The notes under the pieces are model-generated. The model did no database searches and was not told the origin of the DNA. It worked only from the letters and a program-made list of their open reading frames with translations. A stretch of DNA of 64,000 nucleotides from Brucellaceae bacterium (lineage in GTDB: Bacteria; Pseudomonadota; Alphaproteobacteria; Rhizobiales; Rhizobiaceae): assembly GCA_020637755.1 (NCBI GenBank), contig JACKJW010000009.1, forward strand, positions 35,618-99,617. The letters run 5' to 3'. Position 1 is the stretch's first letter; every line of letters starts with the position of its first letter. The translations under genes and the position numbers were made by a program. Of the stretch, positions 44,901 through 52,577 are shown piece by piece.

Positions 44901-45369
44901 GGAATACGGCCCGGTCTCGGTGCTGCCGACACCCGTCTATTTCTACGGCCTGAAATCCGAGGACGAGATTTTCGTCGATCTCGAAAAGGGCAAGACGCTG
45001 GTAATCCGCTGCCTGGCGATCGGCGAGACGGACGAACAGGGCATGCGCACGGTCTTCTTCGAGCTGAACGGTCAGCCGCGCCGCGTGAAGGTGCCGGACC
45101 GCATCCATGGCGCATCCGCCGCCAAGGCAAGGGCCAAGGCCGATGCCGGCAACCCGGCCCATGTCGGCGCGCCGATGCCCGGTGTCATCTCCACCGTGGC
45201 CGTGACCACCGGGCAGGAGGTGAAAGCCGGTGACGTGCTGGTTTCCATCGAGGCGATGAAGATGGAAACCGCGCTCCACGCCGAACGCGACGGCAAGATC
45301 GCCGAGGTGCTGGTGCATGGCGGCGACCAGATCGACGCCAAGGACCTGCTGGTGCGCTTCGAGGCGTAA
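41908..45369 (+). CDS. pyc: Pyruvate carboxylase
   Basis: Biotin carboxylase (VANRSEIA, IHPGYG), CT domain (RDGHQSLLATR), EAMKM biotinylation site. Confidence 0.97.
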   Translation: MAISKILVANRSEIAIRVFRAANELGLKTVAIWAEEDKYSLHRFKADESYQIGRGPHLAKDLGPIEAYLSIDEVIRVARLSGADAIHPGYGLLSESPEFADACAEAGILFIGPRPDTMRRLGNKVAARNLAIEVGVPVIPATDPLPGDMAEVHRMAQAVGYPVMLKASWGGGGRGMRVIRKAGDLEREVTEAKREAKAAFGKDEVYLEKLIEHARHVEVQVLGDTHGNCVHLFERDCSIQRRNQKVVERAPAPYLDDAQRAELSGHALKLARATSYVGAGTVEFLMDADTGKVYFIEVNPRIQVEHTVTEEVTGIDIVKAQIHILDGFAIGTPESGVPAQENIRLNGHALQCRITTEDPEQNFIPDYGRITAYRGATGFGIRLDGGTAYSGAVITRFYDPLLEKVTAWAPSADEAIHRMDRALREFRIRGVATNLTFLEAIISHPEFRDNSYTTKFIDNTPALFSQVKRKDRATKLLNYLADVSVNGHPEARGRPMPKADAAAPVVPFHGGAVPDGTKQRLDSDGPVKFAEWMRAQKQVLMTDTTMRDGHQSLLATRMRTHDIAHVAGTYARALPQLLSLECWGGATFDVAMRFLTEDPWERLALVREAAPNLLLQMLLRGANGVGYTNYPDNVVKHFVRQAAAGGVDLFRVFDCLNWVENMRVSMDAVCEENRLCEAAICYTGDILDPDRAKYDLKYYTGLARDLEKAGAHIIAVKDMAGLLKPGAARVLFKALREETGLPIHFHTHDTSGISAATVLAAVEAGVDAVDAAMDALSGNTSQPCLGSIVEALKGTERDPGLDTEWIRRLSFYWEAVRNQYAAFESDLKGPASEVYLHEMPGGQFTNLKEQARSLGLETRWHEVARAYHDANMMFGDIVKVTPSSKVVGDMALMMVSQDLTVADVENPAKDIAFPDSVISMLKGDLGQPPAGWPEALQKKALKGEKPYVERPGALLPDADLKAKRAEIEEKLGRKLSEFEFASWLMYPKVFSDFALAAEEYGPVSVLPTPVYFYGLKSEDEIFVDLEKGKTLVIRCLAIGETDEQGMRTVFFELNGQPRRVKVPDRIHGASAAKARAKADAGNPAHVGAPMPGVISTVAVTTGQEVKAGDVLVSIEAMKMETALHAERDGKIAEVLVHGGDQIDAKDLLVRFEA

Positions 45370-45435
45370 GGCAGGCGGGAAGATTCGGGCCCAGAAGACG
45401 GGCCGCGCGATTTGCCTTCGCACCCGCTGCCATTT

Positions 45436-46032
45436 TCAGCGTACGGCTTCCGCGCAAGGCCGGATGCGAGCAGCAACCGCGCCTTCTTCGACCTGCCGCA
45501 GATCAACGCCGGACAGGACCGGAAGATAATCGCCGCCGGGTTCTGTCCGGATGTAGATGCTGACCGGCAGTTCGCCTTCCGGCAAAGGTCCGGCATGGCA
45601 GCCGCCCTGCACGCCGATCGACAGGCTGCCCTTGCCGTCCTTCCGGCCGGATTCCCGGAAGGCGCGGCCTCGCTTCTGCGCCACCGACAATCGTTCGAAA
45701 TCGGCGCGGGGCACCCGCGCCATGGTCACCCGCTGGGTCTCGCGGTCAAAGGGGACGCCGCGGGCTGCCGGCATTTCCGCCACCTCAAGAAAGATCACTT
45801 CATCGATACTGATCGCCTCGTCATCCGACTTGAGCGTCAGCTGCATCTTGACATCTCCGGTCCGCAACAGAAGTTCGCGGGGCGCCACCGCTGCCACCGA
45901 CATGGCCCCCGGCTCGGTCGAGAGGAGATCGATGGACAGGAGTTTGACCAGCGTCACCGGATTGAGAGAGGCGCAGCCGGAAAGCGCGAGAAACAGGCAG
46001 GCCGTGAGACCGGAACGGAGAGGGAAGCGCAT
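45436..46032 (-). CDS. Hypothetical lipoprotein
   Basis: Lipobox LSGC after a hydrophobic leader; AAGGA RBS. Confidence 0.72.
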   Translation of the reverse strand: MRFPLRSGLTACLFLALSGCASLNPVTLVKLLSIDLLSTEPGAMSVAAVAPRELLLRTGDVKMQLTLKSDDEAISIDEVIFLEVAEMPAARGVPFDRETQRVTMARVPRADFERLSVAQKRGRAFRESGRKDGKGSLSIGVQGGCHAGPLPEGELPVSIYIRTEPGGDYLPVLSGVDLRQVEEGAVAARIRPCAEAVR

Positions 46033-46120
46033 GGGATATCCTTGTCAGGCAGTGATTGATGTTTGACATTCATATTTTGCTGTTTTACGATAAATTATGA
46101 AAACAAAAAGGCAAGCCCTT

Positions 46121-46666
46121 ATGAAAACCACACGTCTTCGCAGCCAAATCCTGTCCCGCCGCATGAGCCGGGCCACGCTGTTCCTGATGGTGCTGGTCGC
46201 CATCCTCCTTGCAGCCGTCGGTCTTGCTGCCATCATCGCCCCTGGGGAGATCGGAAAGATCATGGCCGAGCGTTTTGGCGGCCGCGTCATCGAGACCGGC
46301 CGGACCGCCAGCGTGCTGATCGCACTGGTCACGGCAATTCAGGGTGCCCTTTTCCTGTGGGCGCTCGACAAGCTGCGCCGCGCCTTCGCCAGTTTTTCAG
46401 GCGAGGCCGTTTTGAACAGCCGGTCGGCCGTGCTGCTGAGCCACGCCGGCCTGCTGTTTGCTGCCAATGCGGTGGCCATGATCATCGCCCAGCCCCTGCT
46501 GTCGGCCATCTATTCCGCCGGAGCACCAGCCGGACAAGGCTTCATCACCATCCGGATCGGCACGGGCGAATTGCTCAGCCTGCTGCTGTCCGGCATCCTC
46601 TTCGTCACCGGCCATCTCATGGCGCTCGCAGCCGAGGTGGACGGCGAAATGCGGCAGATCGTCTGA
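46121..46666 (+). CDS. DUF2975-like membrane protein
   Basis: Four TM segments, C-terminal A.EVDGEMRQIV, translationally coupled to a small XRE HTH gene. Confidence 0.78.
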   Translation: MKTTRLRSQILSRRMSRATLFLMVLVAILLAAVGLAAIIAPGEIGKIMAERFGGRVIETGRTASVLIALVTAIQGALFLWALDKLRRAFASFSGEAVLNSRSAVLLSHAGLLFAANAVAMIIAQPLLSAIYSAGAPAGQGFITIRIGTGELLSLLLSGILFVTGHLMALAAEVDGEMRQIV

Positions 46667-46875
46667 TGCCCGTCATCGTCAATCTCGATGTGATGCTGGC
46701 CAAACGGAAGATGCGTTCGCGCGAGCTGGCCGACCGCATTGGCATCACCGAACAGAACCTGTCGCTCCTGAAGTCGGGCAAGGTGAAGGGCGTGCGCTTC
46801 GAGACGCTGGGCGCCATCTGCCGCGAGCTGGAATGCCAGCCGGGTGACCTGCTGGAATGGGTGGACGAGGAATAG
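46666..46875 (+). CDS. XRE/Cro HTH regulator (YozG-like)
   Basis: MPVIVNLDVMLAKRKMRSRELADRIGITEQNLSLLKSGKVKGVRFETL...CQPGDLL; TGATG overlap. Confidence 0.92.
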   Translation: MPVIVNLDVMLAKRKMRSRELADRIGITEQNLSLLKSGKVKGVRFETLGAICRELECQPGDLLEWVDEE

Positions 46876-46957
46876 GCGCAGCCGCCGCCCAAATGCAGCA
46901 CTTGCTGTGCGCGCTTCCTTATGTAGGGTTTGATCCCGTCCCATTCGGAGCGCGCGC

Positions 46958-47584
46958 ATGATCCTCATCGGCCAGTACGATTCCTCATTTGTCCGCCGCA
47001 CCGCCATCGCCATGGCCTTGCTCGGGATGGACTTTGAGCACCGCCCCTGGTCCGTCTTCGGTGATGCGGACAGGCTGCGCGAACTCAACCCGCTGGTCCG
47101 CGTTCCCACGCTGGTTCTTGATGACGGCGAGGTGCTGGTTGATAGCGCGACCATCCTCGACCACCTGGAAACCCTGGTCCCGCCGGAAAAGCGTCTGTGG
47201 CCGCAGAGTAATCCGGAACGGCGCCATGCCATGAAGATCGCCGCCATCGCCACGGGTACAGCCGACATGGCAGTCGGGCTCTTCTATACGCTGGTCCTGC
47301 ACGAAACCCCGTCACCCATGTTCGTCGAGCGTCGCGCGGGCCAAATCGCAGGCGCGCTGGATTGGCTGGAAGCTGAGCGCAGGCGCGTGACCGCACCGTG
47401 GTGGTTTGGCGGCACACCGGGGCACGCTGACATTGCGGTTGGCTGCATGCTGCGCCATGTGACGGAATCGCTGCCTGCCCATGTGAACCTCGGCAGCCGC
47501 CCGGCGCTTGCCGCCCATGCGGCTGCCTGCGAAGCGATGCCAGTGTTCCAGGAGCACAGCCAGCCCTTCATTCCGCCAGCATGA
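46958..47584 (+). CDS. Glutathione S-transferase family protein
   Basis: GQYDSSFVRR, NPLVRVPTL, DSATILDHL. Confidence 0.9.
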   Translation: MILIGQYDSSFVRRTAIAMALLGMDFEHRPWSVFGDADRLRELNPLVRVPTLVLDDGEVLVDSATILDHLETLVPPEKRLWPQSNPERRHAMKIAAIATGTADMAVGLFYTLVLHETPSPMFVERRAGQIAGALDWLEAERRRVTAPWWFGGTPGHADIAVGCMLRHVTESLPAHVNLGSRPALAAHAAACEAMPVFQEHSQPFIPPA

Positions 47585-47587
47585 CAA

Positions 47588-47616
47588 GGGCCGCATCCGT
47601 TTCCGGACGCGGCCCT
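47588..47616. terminator. Hairpin between convergent gst and mmsA
   Basis: AGGGCCGCATCCG/CGGACGCGGCCCT inverted repeat. Confidence 0.6.
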
Positions 47617-47640
47617 GTTGACTTTCCCTAGCGGGGACGA

Positions 47641-49140
47641 TCAGTCCATCGCCTTGAAGTGGAACTCGCCACCTTCCTTGATGCCGGAGAACCAGCGCGC
47701 GGTCACCGTCTTCGTCTTTGTGTAGAAGCGGAAGGCGTCAGCGCCATACTGGTTCAGGTCGCCGAAGGCCGATTTCTTCCAGCCGCCGAAGGAGAAATAG
47801 GACAGCGGCACCGGGATCGGGAAATTGATGCCCACCATGCCCACATTCACCCGGGTGGCGAAATCGCGCGCCGTGTCGCCGTCGGCCGTGAAGATCGAGG
47901 TGCCGTTGCCATAGGGATTGTCCATGGTCAGCTTGAGCGCTTCCTCATAGGTCTTGGCGCGCACGGTCGAAAGAACCGGGCCGAAGATTTCTTCCTTGTA
48001 GATGTCCATGTCGGCGGTGACGTGGTCGAACAGCGTCGGGCCGACAAAGAAGCCGTTCTCGTAGCCTTGCAGCGAGAAGTCACGCCCGTCGAGCACAGCC
48101 GTTGCACCCTGCTCGATGCCCGACGCGATGAGACCTGTCACACGCGCCTTGGAGGCCGAGGTGATCAGCGGGCCGTAATCGACGCCTTCACCGGCGGTGT
48201 AGGGGCCGACCTTCAGCTTCTCGATACGCGGCACGAGGCGCTCGATCAGGCCGTCGGCCGTCTTCTCGCCAACGGGCACGGCAACCGAGATGGCCATGCA
48301 ACGTTCGCCCGCCGCTCCGTAACCCGCGCCCACCAGAGCGTCAGCTGCCTTGTCGAGGTCGGCGTCCGGCATGATGATCATGTGGTTCTTGGCGCCACCA
48401 AAGCACTGCGCGCGCTTGCCGTTGGCAGCCGCGCGCGAATAGATGTAATGGGCAATCGGTGTGGAGCCGACAAAGCCGACCGCCTGGACGGTCTCGTTGT
48501 CGAGGATGGCATCCACCACTTCCTTGTCGCCATTCACCACCTGCAGCACGCCATCAGGAAGCCCGGCTTCCTTGATCAGCTCAGCCAGCATCAGCGCAGT
48601 CGTCGGGCAGCGCTCCGAGGGTTTCAGGATCATGGCATTGCCGGCGGCCAGCGCCGGACCCATCTTCCACAGCGGGATCATGGCCGGGAAGTTGAAGGGC
48701 GTGATCCCGGCGACGACGCCCAGCGGCTGGCGCATCGAATAGAGGTCAATGCCGGGGCCGCCATCGTTCATGTACTCACCCTTGAGCAGCGAGGGCGCAC
48801 CCATGCACACCTCAATCACTTCAAGGCCGCGCTGCACATCGCCGCGCGCATCGGGAAGCGTCTTGCCGTGTTCGCGGCTGACCGCTTCGGCAAGCTTTTC
48901 CATGTCGCGGTTGATCAGCGCGCCGAAGGCCATCATCACGCGGGCGCGGCGCTGCGGGTTGGTCGCGCCCCAGGCAACCTGGGCCTTGGCGGCGCGCTCC
49001 ACGGCGTCGTTAAGCTCGGCGACAGTCGCCAGCGCCACTTTCGCCTGAACTTCACCGGTTGCCGGATTGTAGACATCGGCAAAGCGCCCACTCGTGCCGC
49101 TTGTCAGCTTGCCGTCAATGTAATGGCCGATTTCCTGCAT
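47641..49140 (-). CDS. mmsA: CoA-acylating methylmalonate-semialdehyde dehydrogenase
   Basis: ITPFNFPAMIP, GGAKNH, GAAGERCMAIS, EEIFGPV. Confidence 0.94.
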   Translation of the reverse strand: MQEIGHYIDGKLTSGTSGRFADVYNPATGEVQAKVALATVAELNDAVERAAKAQVAWGATNPQRRARVMMAFGALINRDMEKLAEAVSREHGKTLPDARGDVQRGLEVIEVCMGAPSLLKGEYMNDGGPGIDLYSMRQPLGVVAGITPFNFPAMIPLWKMGPALAAGNAMILKPSERCPTTALMLAELIKEAGLPDGVLQVVNGDKEVVDAILDNETVQAVGFVGSTPIAHYIYSRAAANGKRAQCFGGAKNHMIIMPDADLDKAADALVGAGYGAAGERCMAISVAVPVGEKTADGLIERLVPRIEKLKVGPYTAGEGVDYGPLITSASKARVTGLIASGIEQGATAVLDGRDFSLQGYENGFFVGPTLFDHVTADMDIYKEEIFGPVLSTVRAKTYEEALKLTMDNPYGNGTSIFTADGDTARDFATRVNVGMVGINFPIPVPLSYFSFGGWKKSAFGDLNQYGADAFRFYTKTKTVTARWFSGIKEGGEFHFKAMD

Positions 49141-49302
49141 GGTCTCGCTCCCTTGTGGCGCGGCTAGATCCCGTGCCCGTTTTCAATGGTGCCATTGTGC
49201 GCGCGGCAAGGCCCCGCGGCAACGCGCCTGATGCCAAAGCCGTTGTGCAAATTTTCAGATACACTATGGTCTGACTATCAATTTTTGCAAAAGCGAGAAG
49301 CC

Positions 49303-50184
49303 ATGAACTGGGATGACGTGCGCATCTTTCTGGCCGTCGCGCGGTCGGGGCAGATCCTCGGCGCGGCGCGGCGCCTCGGTCTCAACCACGCAACGGTTTC
49401 GCGCCGCCTGGCCGCGCTGGAAAGCGAACTGAAGGCCAAGCTGGTTAACCGCACGACGACCGGAACGGAACTGACCACCGACGGCGAGCGCTTCATGGAA
49501 ACAGCCGAACGCATGGAATCGGAAATGATCGCCGTGCGGGCCGCGCTCGCCCGTTCCGATGACGACGTCACCGGCGTGGTGCGGATCGGTGCGCCAGACG
49601 GATTCGGCGTTGCCTGGCTGGCCTCGCATCTGGGCGGCATCACCGAACGCCATCCCGGCCTGTCGGTGCAACTCGTGCCGATCCCGCGTTCCTTTTCGCT
49701 GTCGCGCCGCGAGGCCGACATTGCCATCACGGTGGAGCGGCCCGCGGAAGGCCGCCTCGTTGCGGGCAAGCTGGTGGACTACACGCTCGGCCTTTATGCC
49801 TCCCGCGCCTATGCCGAAACACATGGTCTGCCGGAACGCGCGGCCGACCTGACGTCCCATCGCCTCGTCGGCTATGTGGAAGACCTCGTCATCAACCCGT
49901 CGCTCGACTATGCGGGTGAGTTCCACCCCGGCTGGCGCGCGTCCTTCTGCGTGTCCTCAGCGCTTGGGCAAACCGAGGCGGTGCGCTCGGGCGCGGGCAT
50001 TGGCATCCTGCACACCTTCATCGCCCGCCAGCACGGCGATCTGGTCGCCCTGCCCGGCTTCAGCCCCATCCGCCGCGCCTACTGGATCGTTTATCATGAA
50101 TCGCTGCGCCCCGTTCAGCGCATCCAGACTGTGGTGCGCTACATCCAGGACGAGGTGGACCGGGCGCGTGCCACCTTCCAATGA
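49303..50184 (+). CDS. LysR family regulator divergent from mmsA
   Basis: MNWDDVRIFLAVARSGQILGAARRLGLNHATVSRR. Confidence 0.93.
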   Translation: MNWDDVRIFLAVARSGQILGAARRLGLNHATVSRRLAALESELKAKLVNRTTTGTELTTDGERFMETAERMESEMIAVRAALARSDDDVTGVVRIGAPDGFGVAWLASHLGGITERHPGLSVQLVPIPRSFSLSRREADIAITVERPAEGRLVAGKLVDYTLGLYASRAYAETHGLPERAADLTSHRLVGYVEDLVINPSLDYAGEFHPGWRASFCVSSALGQTEAVRSGAGIGILHTFIARQHGDLVALPGFSPIRRAYWIVYHESLRPVQRIQTVVRYIQDEVDRARATFQ

Positions 50185-50187
50185 GCG

Positions 50188-50262
50188 GATGCGGGGCAGA
50201 CCGGAGCCCGCCCCCGCCACGGCAAATGCCTGGTTGCCGGTGGGACCATCTTTCCGGAACAT
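50188..50262 (-). ncRNA. Putative tracrRNA
   Basis: Minus strand: TTCCGGAAAGATGGTCCCACCGGCAAC (anti-repeat, complementary to the 52552-52577 element), then CAGGCATTTGCCGTG (nexus-like), then GGGGCGGGC-TCCG-GTCTGCCCC hairpin; ends approximate. Confidence 0.6.
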
Positions 50263-50380
50263 CAGCATGCCATGCAGCAAACCGGCCCGAAATGGTGTGA
50301 TCGCGTAATACGTGAAAGCACCATTTCCGGCCGGGTTCAGCTGGGTTTCCCTGAGGATCGAGTCATCAGGGAGACGGGAC

Positions 50381-52540
50381 ATGGGACTGTGTTTTGCATT
50401 CGATCCGGGCCTGGCATCGCTCGGGCTTGCGGTCACATCAGCCGGCGGCGGGCAGCCAACCATCCTCGCTGCAGCCTCGGGCATCGCGCTGCCCTGCCTG
50501 CCGCGCGAAACCCACAGCGCCCGTCTGCGCCGCAGGCGAACGCGCCAGCTTGCCCGCCGCAAGGCAAGGCGGCGCGCCTTCGCCACGCTGCTGCGCAGCC
50601 ACGGCCTTCTGCCCGAAACCCGTGACGACGCCCTGTTCGCAAGCGACCCCTGGGCGCTACGCAATTTGGCCGCGACGGAACCGCTGGACGCCCATGCGCT
50701 GGGACGCCTGCTGATGCACCTGCATGCACGACGCGGCGTGAACGATGAAAGCGGCACGGCCGTGCAACCGGCCACCATGGGAGGCGAAGGCCGCAGGCAG
50801 CGCACCAGACACACCGGCCGCGGCGCGGCCGCCTTGCGGAACCGGGCCCATCTTGCCGCCGGGGCGCACCGGATCACGCTCCGCGCGGAAGTTCTTGGCG
50901 ACCTCGACACCCTGCTGGCAGCACAATCACGCCATCATGGGGCCTTGTCCGGTGGCACCCTCGCCGAAACCATCCGGGCGCATTTTCGCGAGGCCACCGC
51001 GCGCCACGGCCGTCATCCGCCGCGCCGCCCGGAACGCGCCCTTGACCCGCTGCGGCGCCTGCTGCTGGCCGCCATGGATGATCTCGAACGCCGCTTCGGA
51101 ACGCCCGATGACATCGTGATCGAAGGCCCGGTCCCCGCCCGGCCGGCGGACGCGGTCAACCTGTCCAGGCAGGCTCTGGCGGCGCGGCAGGCTCGCGCGG
51201 CGGACGGCACGCCCTTGTGCCCCTACACCGGGACCGAATTGACACCGGCGCTGCTGGCATCGCGCCTGACCGAGACGGATCACGTGGTGCCGCTTTCGAG
51301 CGGTGGCAGCAACGATCCGGACAATCTCGTCGTCTGCATGGCCACGGCAAATCGCGCCAAGGGCGCACGCACGCCGAACCAGGCTTTCGGCCAAACCGAA
51401 GCATGGCAGGCAATTGCGGATCGATCGCGAGCGCTTCCCGAAACGCTCGCAGCCGCCATTCTCGGCGAGACCGGCCCGCAAGTCGGCGCGCCATCCGATC
51501 CTGCCCAGATGGTGAGGGCCCACCGCATGTGCCGGTCGCTGATCGCGCGGCGCTGGCCGCAAGCGGCACTGCGCACCTTGCCCGCAGCACAGGTTGCCGC
51601 ACTGCGCAGGCATTTGCTGGAGCAGACCGGTGACGCAATCTTCTCCAAGGACCGCCGCGACAATCGCAATCATGGCATCGATGCCATGCTGGCGGCGCTG
51701 ACCAGCCAGCCTGCCCTGCCCGATGATGGCGTGATCCTGGAGGCCGCACGGACGACAGCCGTGATCCACGAGACCCGCCGCGCCCGCGCGGGACGCTGCA
51801 TGGAGGAAACCGTCTATGGCCCGGTAAAAGGATCTGGACAGAAAGGTGGGCTGCAAGTGGTTCCCGGTCTCGCCGTCCATCGAAAACCGCTGGCCGCGCT
51901 CAGCCGCAGTGAGGCAAGGTTTGTGCGCGATCCGGACCTGCGGATCATGCTGCAACGCGAGGCCACATTGTCGCGCACGCCGTCTGCCTGGCAGAAGGCC
52001 ATGACAGAGGTAAGCGGGCGCACCGGAACCTTCCGCGTCCGCCTCCTGAAGAACCTGTCCTGCGCACGCCTTTCGCGCGACGGAAGCCGCATGCTGGTGC
52101 CCTCCGGCAACCATCACGTCGACATCATTGCCGGCCGCGACGGAGCCTGGCAAGCTTGCGGCGTGACGCTGGCGGATGCCGCCTTGCCCGGCTACCGGCC
52201 GGAATGGGAGCGTGATCGCCGCGGCGCCAAACTGGTGATGCGCCTGCATCGCGGGGACATGCTGGAACTGGATGATGACGACGGAAACCGCTGCCTGCGC
52301 ACGGTGCGCCGCATAGGAGCGTCAAACGGCTATCTCTATCTCGCCGCACCCGTCGAGGGAGGCTCCCTGCAGGCCCGGCACGCCGATGCCGGCGATGCGT
52401 TCCGTTGGGATCTCGCCTCGGCGGAGAACCTTCGGCAGCGCCGCGCCCGCGCGCTCGATATCAGCCCGTCCGGCACACGCCGCTGGCGCCGCAGCAATGT
52501 CGGTAACTGGAGAGACGAAAAAGCCGGAGGCCCGCGATGA
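50381..52540 (+). CDS. cas9: Compact Cas9-family RuvC+HNH nuclease (719 aa, REC lobe largely absent)
   Basis: RuvC-I FAFDPGLASLGLAV, Arg-rich bridge helix, DPWALR...LGRLLMHLHARRG, RuvC-II FGTPDDIVIE, HNH CPYTG...DHVVP...NLVVC...ANRAKG.RTP, RuvC-III KDRRDNRNHGIDA, WED/PI-like EETVYG, RDPDLR, GNHHVDI, LVMRLHRGDM; GGGAG RBS before ATG 50381. Confidence 0.88.
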   Translation: MGLCFAFDPGLASLGLAVTSAGGGQPTILAAASGIALPCLPRETHSARLRRRRTRQLARRKARRRAFATLLRSHGLLPETRDDALFASDPWALRNLAATEPLDAHALGRLLMHLHARRGVNDESGTAVQPATMGGEGRRQRTRHTGRGAAALRNRAHLAAGAHRITLRAEVLGDLDTLLAAQSRHHGALSGGTLAETIRAHFREATARHGRHPPRRPERALDPLRRLLLAAMDDLERRFGTPDDIVIEGPVPARPADAVNLSRQALAARQARAADGTPLCPYTGTELTPALLASRLTETDHVVPLSSGGSNDPDNLVVCMATANRAKGARTPNQAFGQTEAWQAIADRSRALPETLAAAILGETGPQVGAPSDPAQMVRAHRMCRSLIARRWPQAALRTLPAAQVAALRRHLLEQTGDAIFSKDRRDNRNHGIDAMLAALTSQPALPDDGVILEAARTTAVIHETRRARAGRCMEETVYGPVKGSGQKGGLQVVPGLAVHRKPLAALSRSEARFVRDPDLRIMLQREATLSRTPSAWQKAMTEVSGRTGTFRVRLLKNLSCARLSRDGSRMLVPSGNHHVDIIAGRDGAWQACGVTLADAALPGYRPEWERDRRGAKLVMRLHRGDMLELDDDDGNRCLRTVRRIGASNGYLYLAAPVEGGSLQARHADAGDAFRWDLASAENLRQRRARALDISPSGTRRWRRSNVGNWRDEKAGGPR

Positions 52541-52549
52541 GCCTCCGGC
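52518..52549 (-). terminator. Intrinsic terminator for a minus-strand transcript, overlapping the cas9 stop
   Basis: 9-bp stem GCCGGAGGC/GCCTCCGGC followed by TTTTT on the minus strand. Confidence 0.65.
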
Positions 52550-52577
52550 CTTTCCGGAAAAATGCTCCGGCCGGAAC
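52548..52577 (-). CRISPR. Single (orphan) type II-like CRISPR repeat; no array
   Basis: Minus strand GTTCCGGCCGGAGCATTTTTCCGGAAAGGC; starts GTT like type II repeats and forms 22 Watson-Crick + 1 G-U pairs with the putative anti-repeat at 50233-50259. Confidence 0.55.

Noticed and set aside
50312-52540. IscB/IsrB or simple HNH endonuclease call, and the ORF-track start at 50312
   Set aside because: No PLMP motif, REC remnants and a long WED/PI-like tail are present; the RBS and RuvC-I position favour ATG 50381.
50233-52577. The two complementary 26-27 nt elements read as terminal inverted repeats of a transposon carrying the nuclease
   Set aside because: No transposase and no target-site duplication in the flanks; the nexus-like motif and hairpin next to the left element fit anti-repeat/repeat better. 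Not fully excluded.
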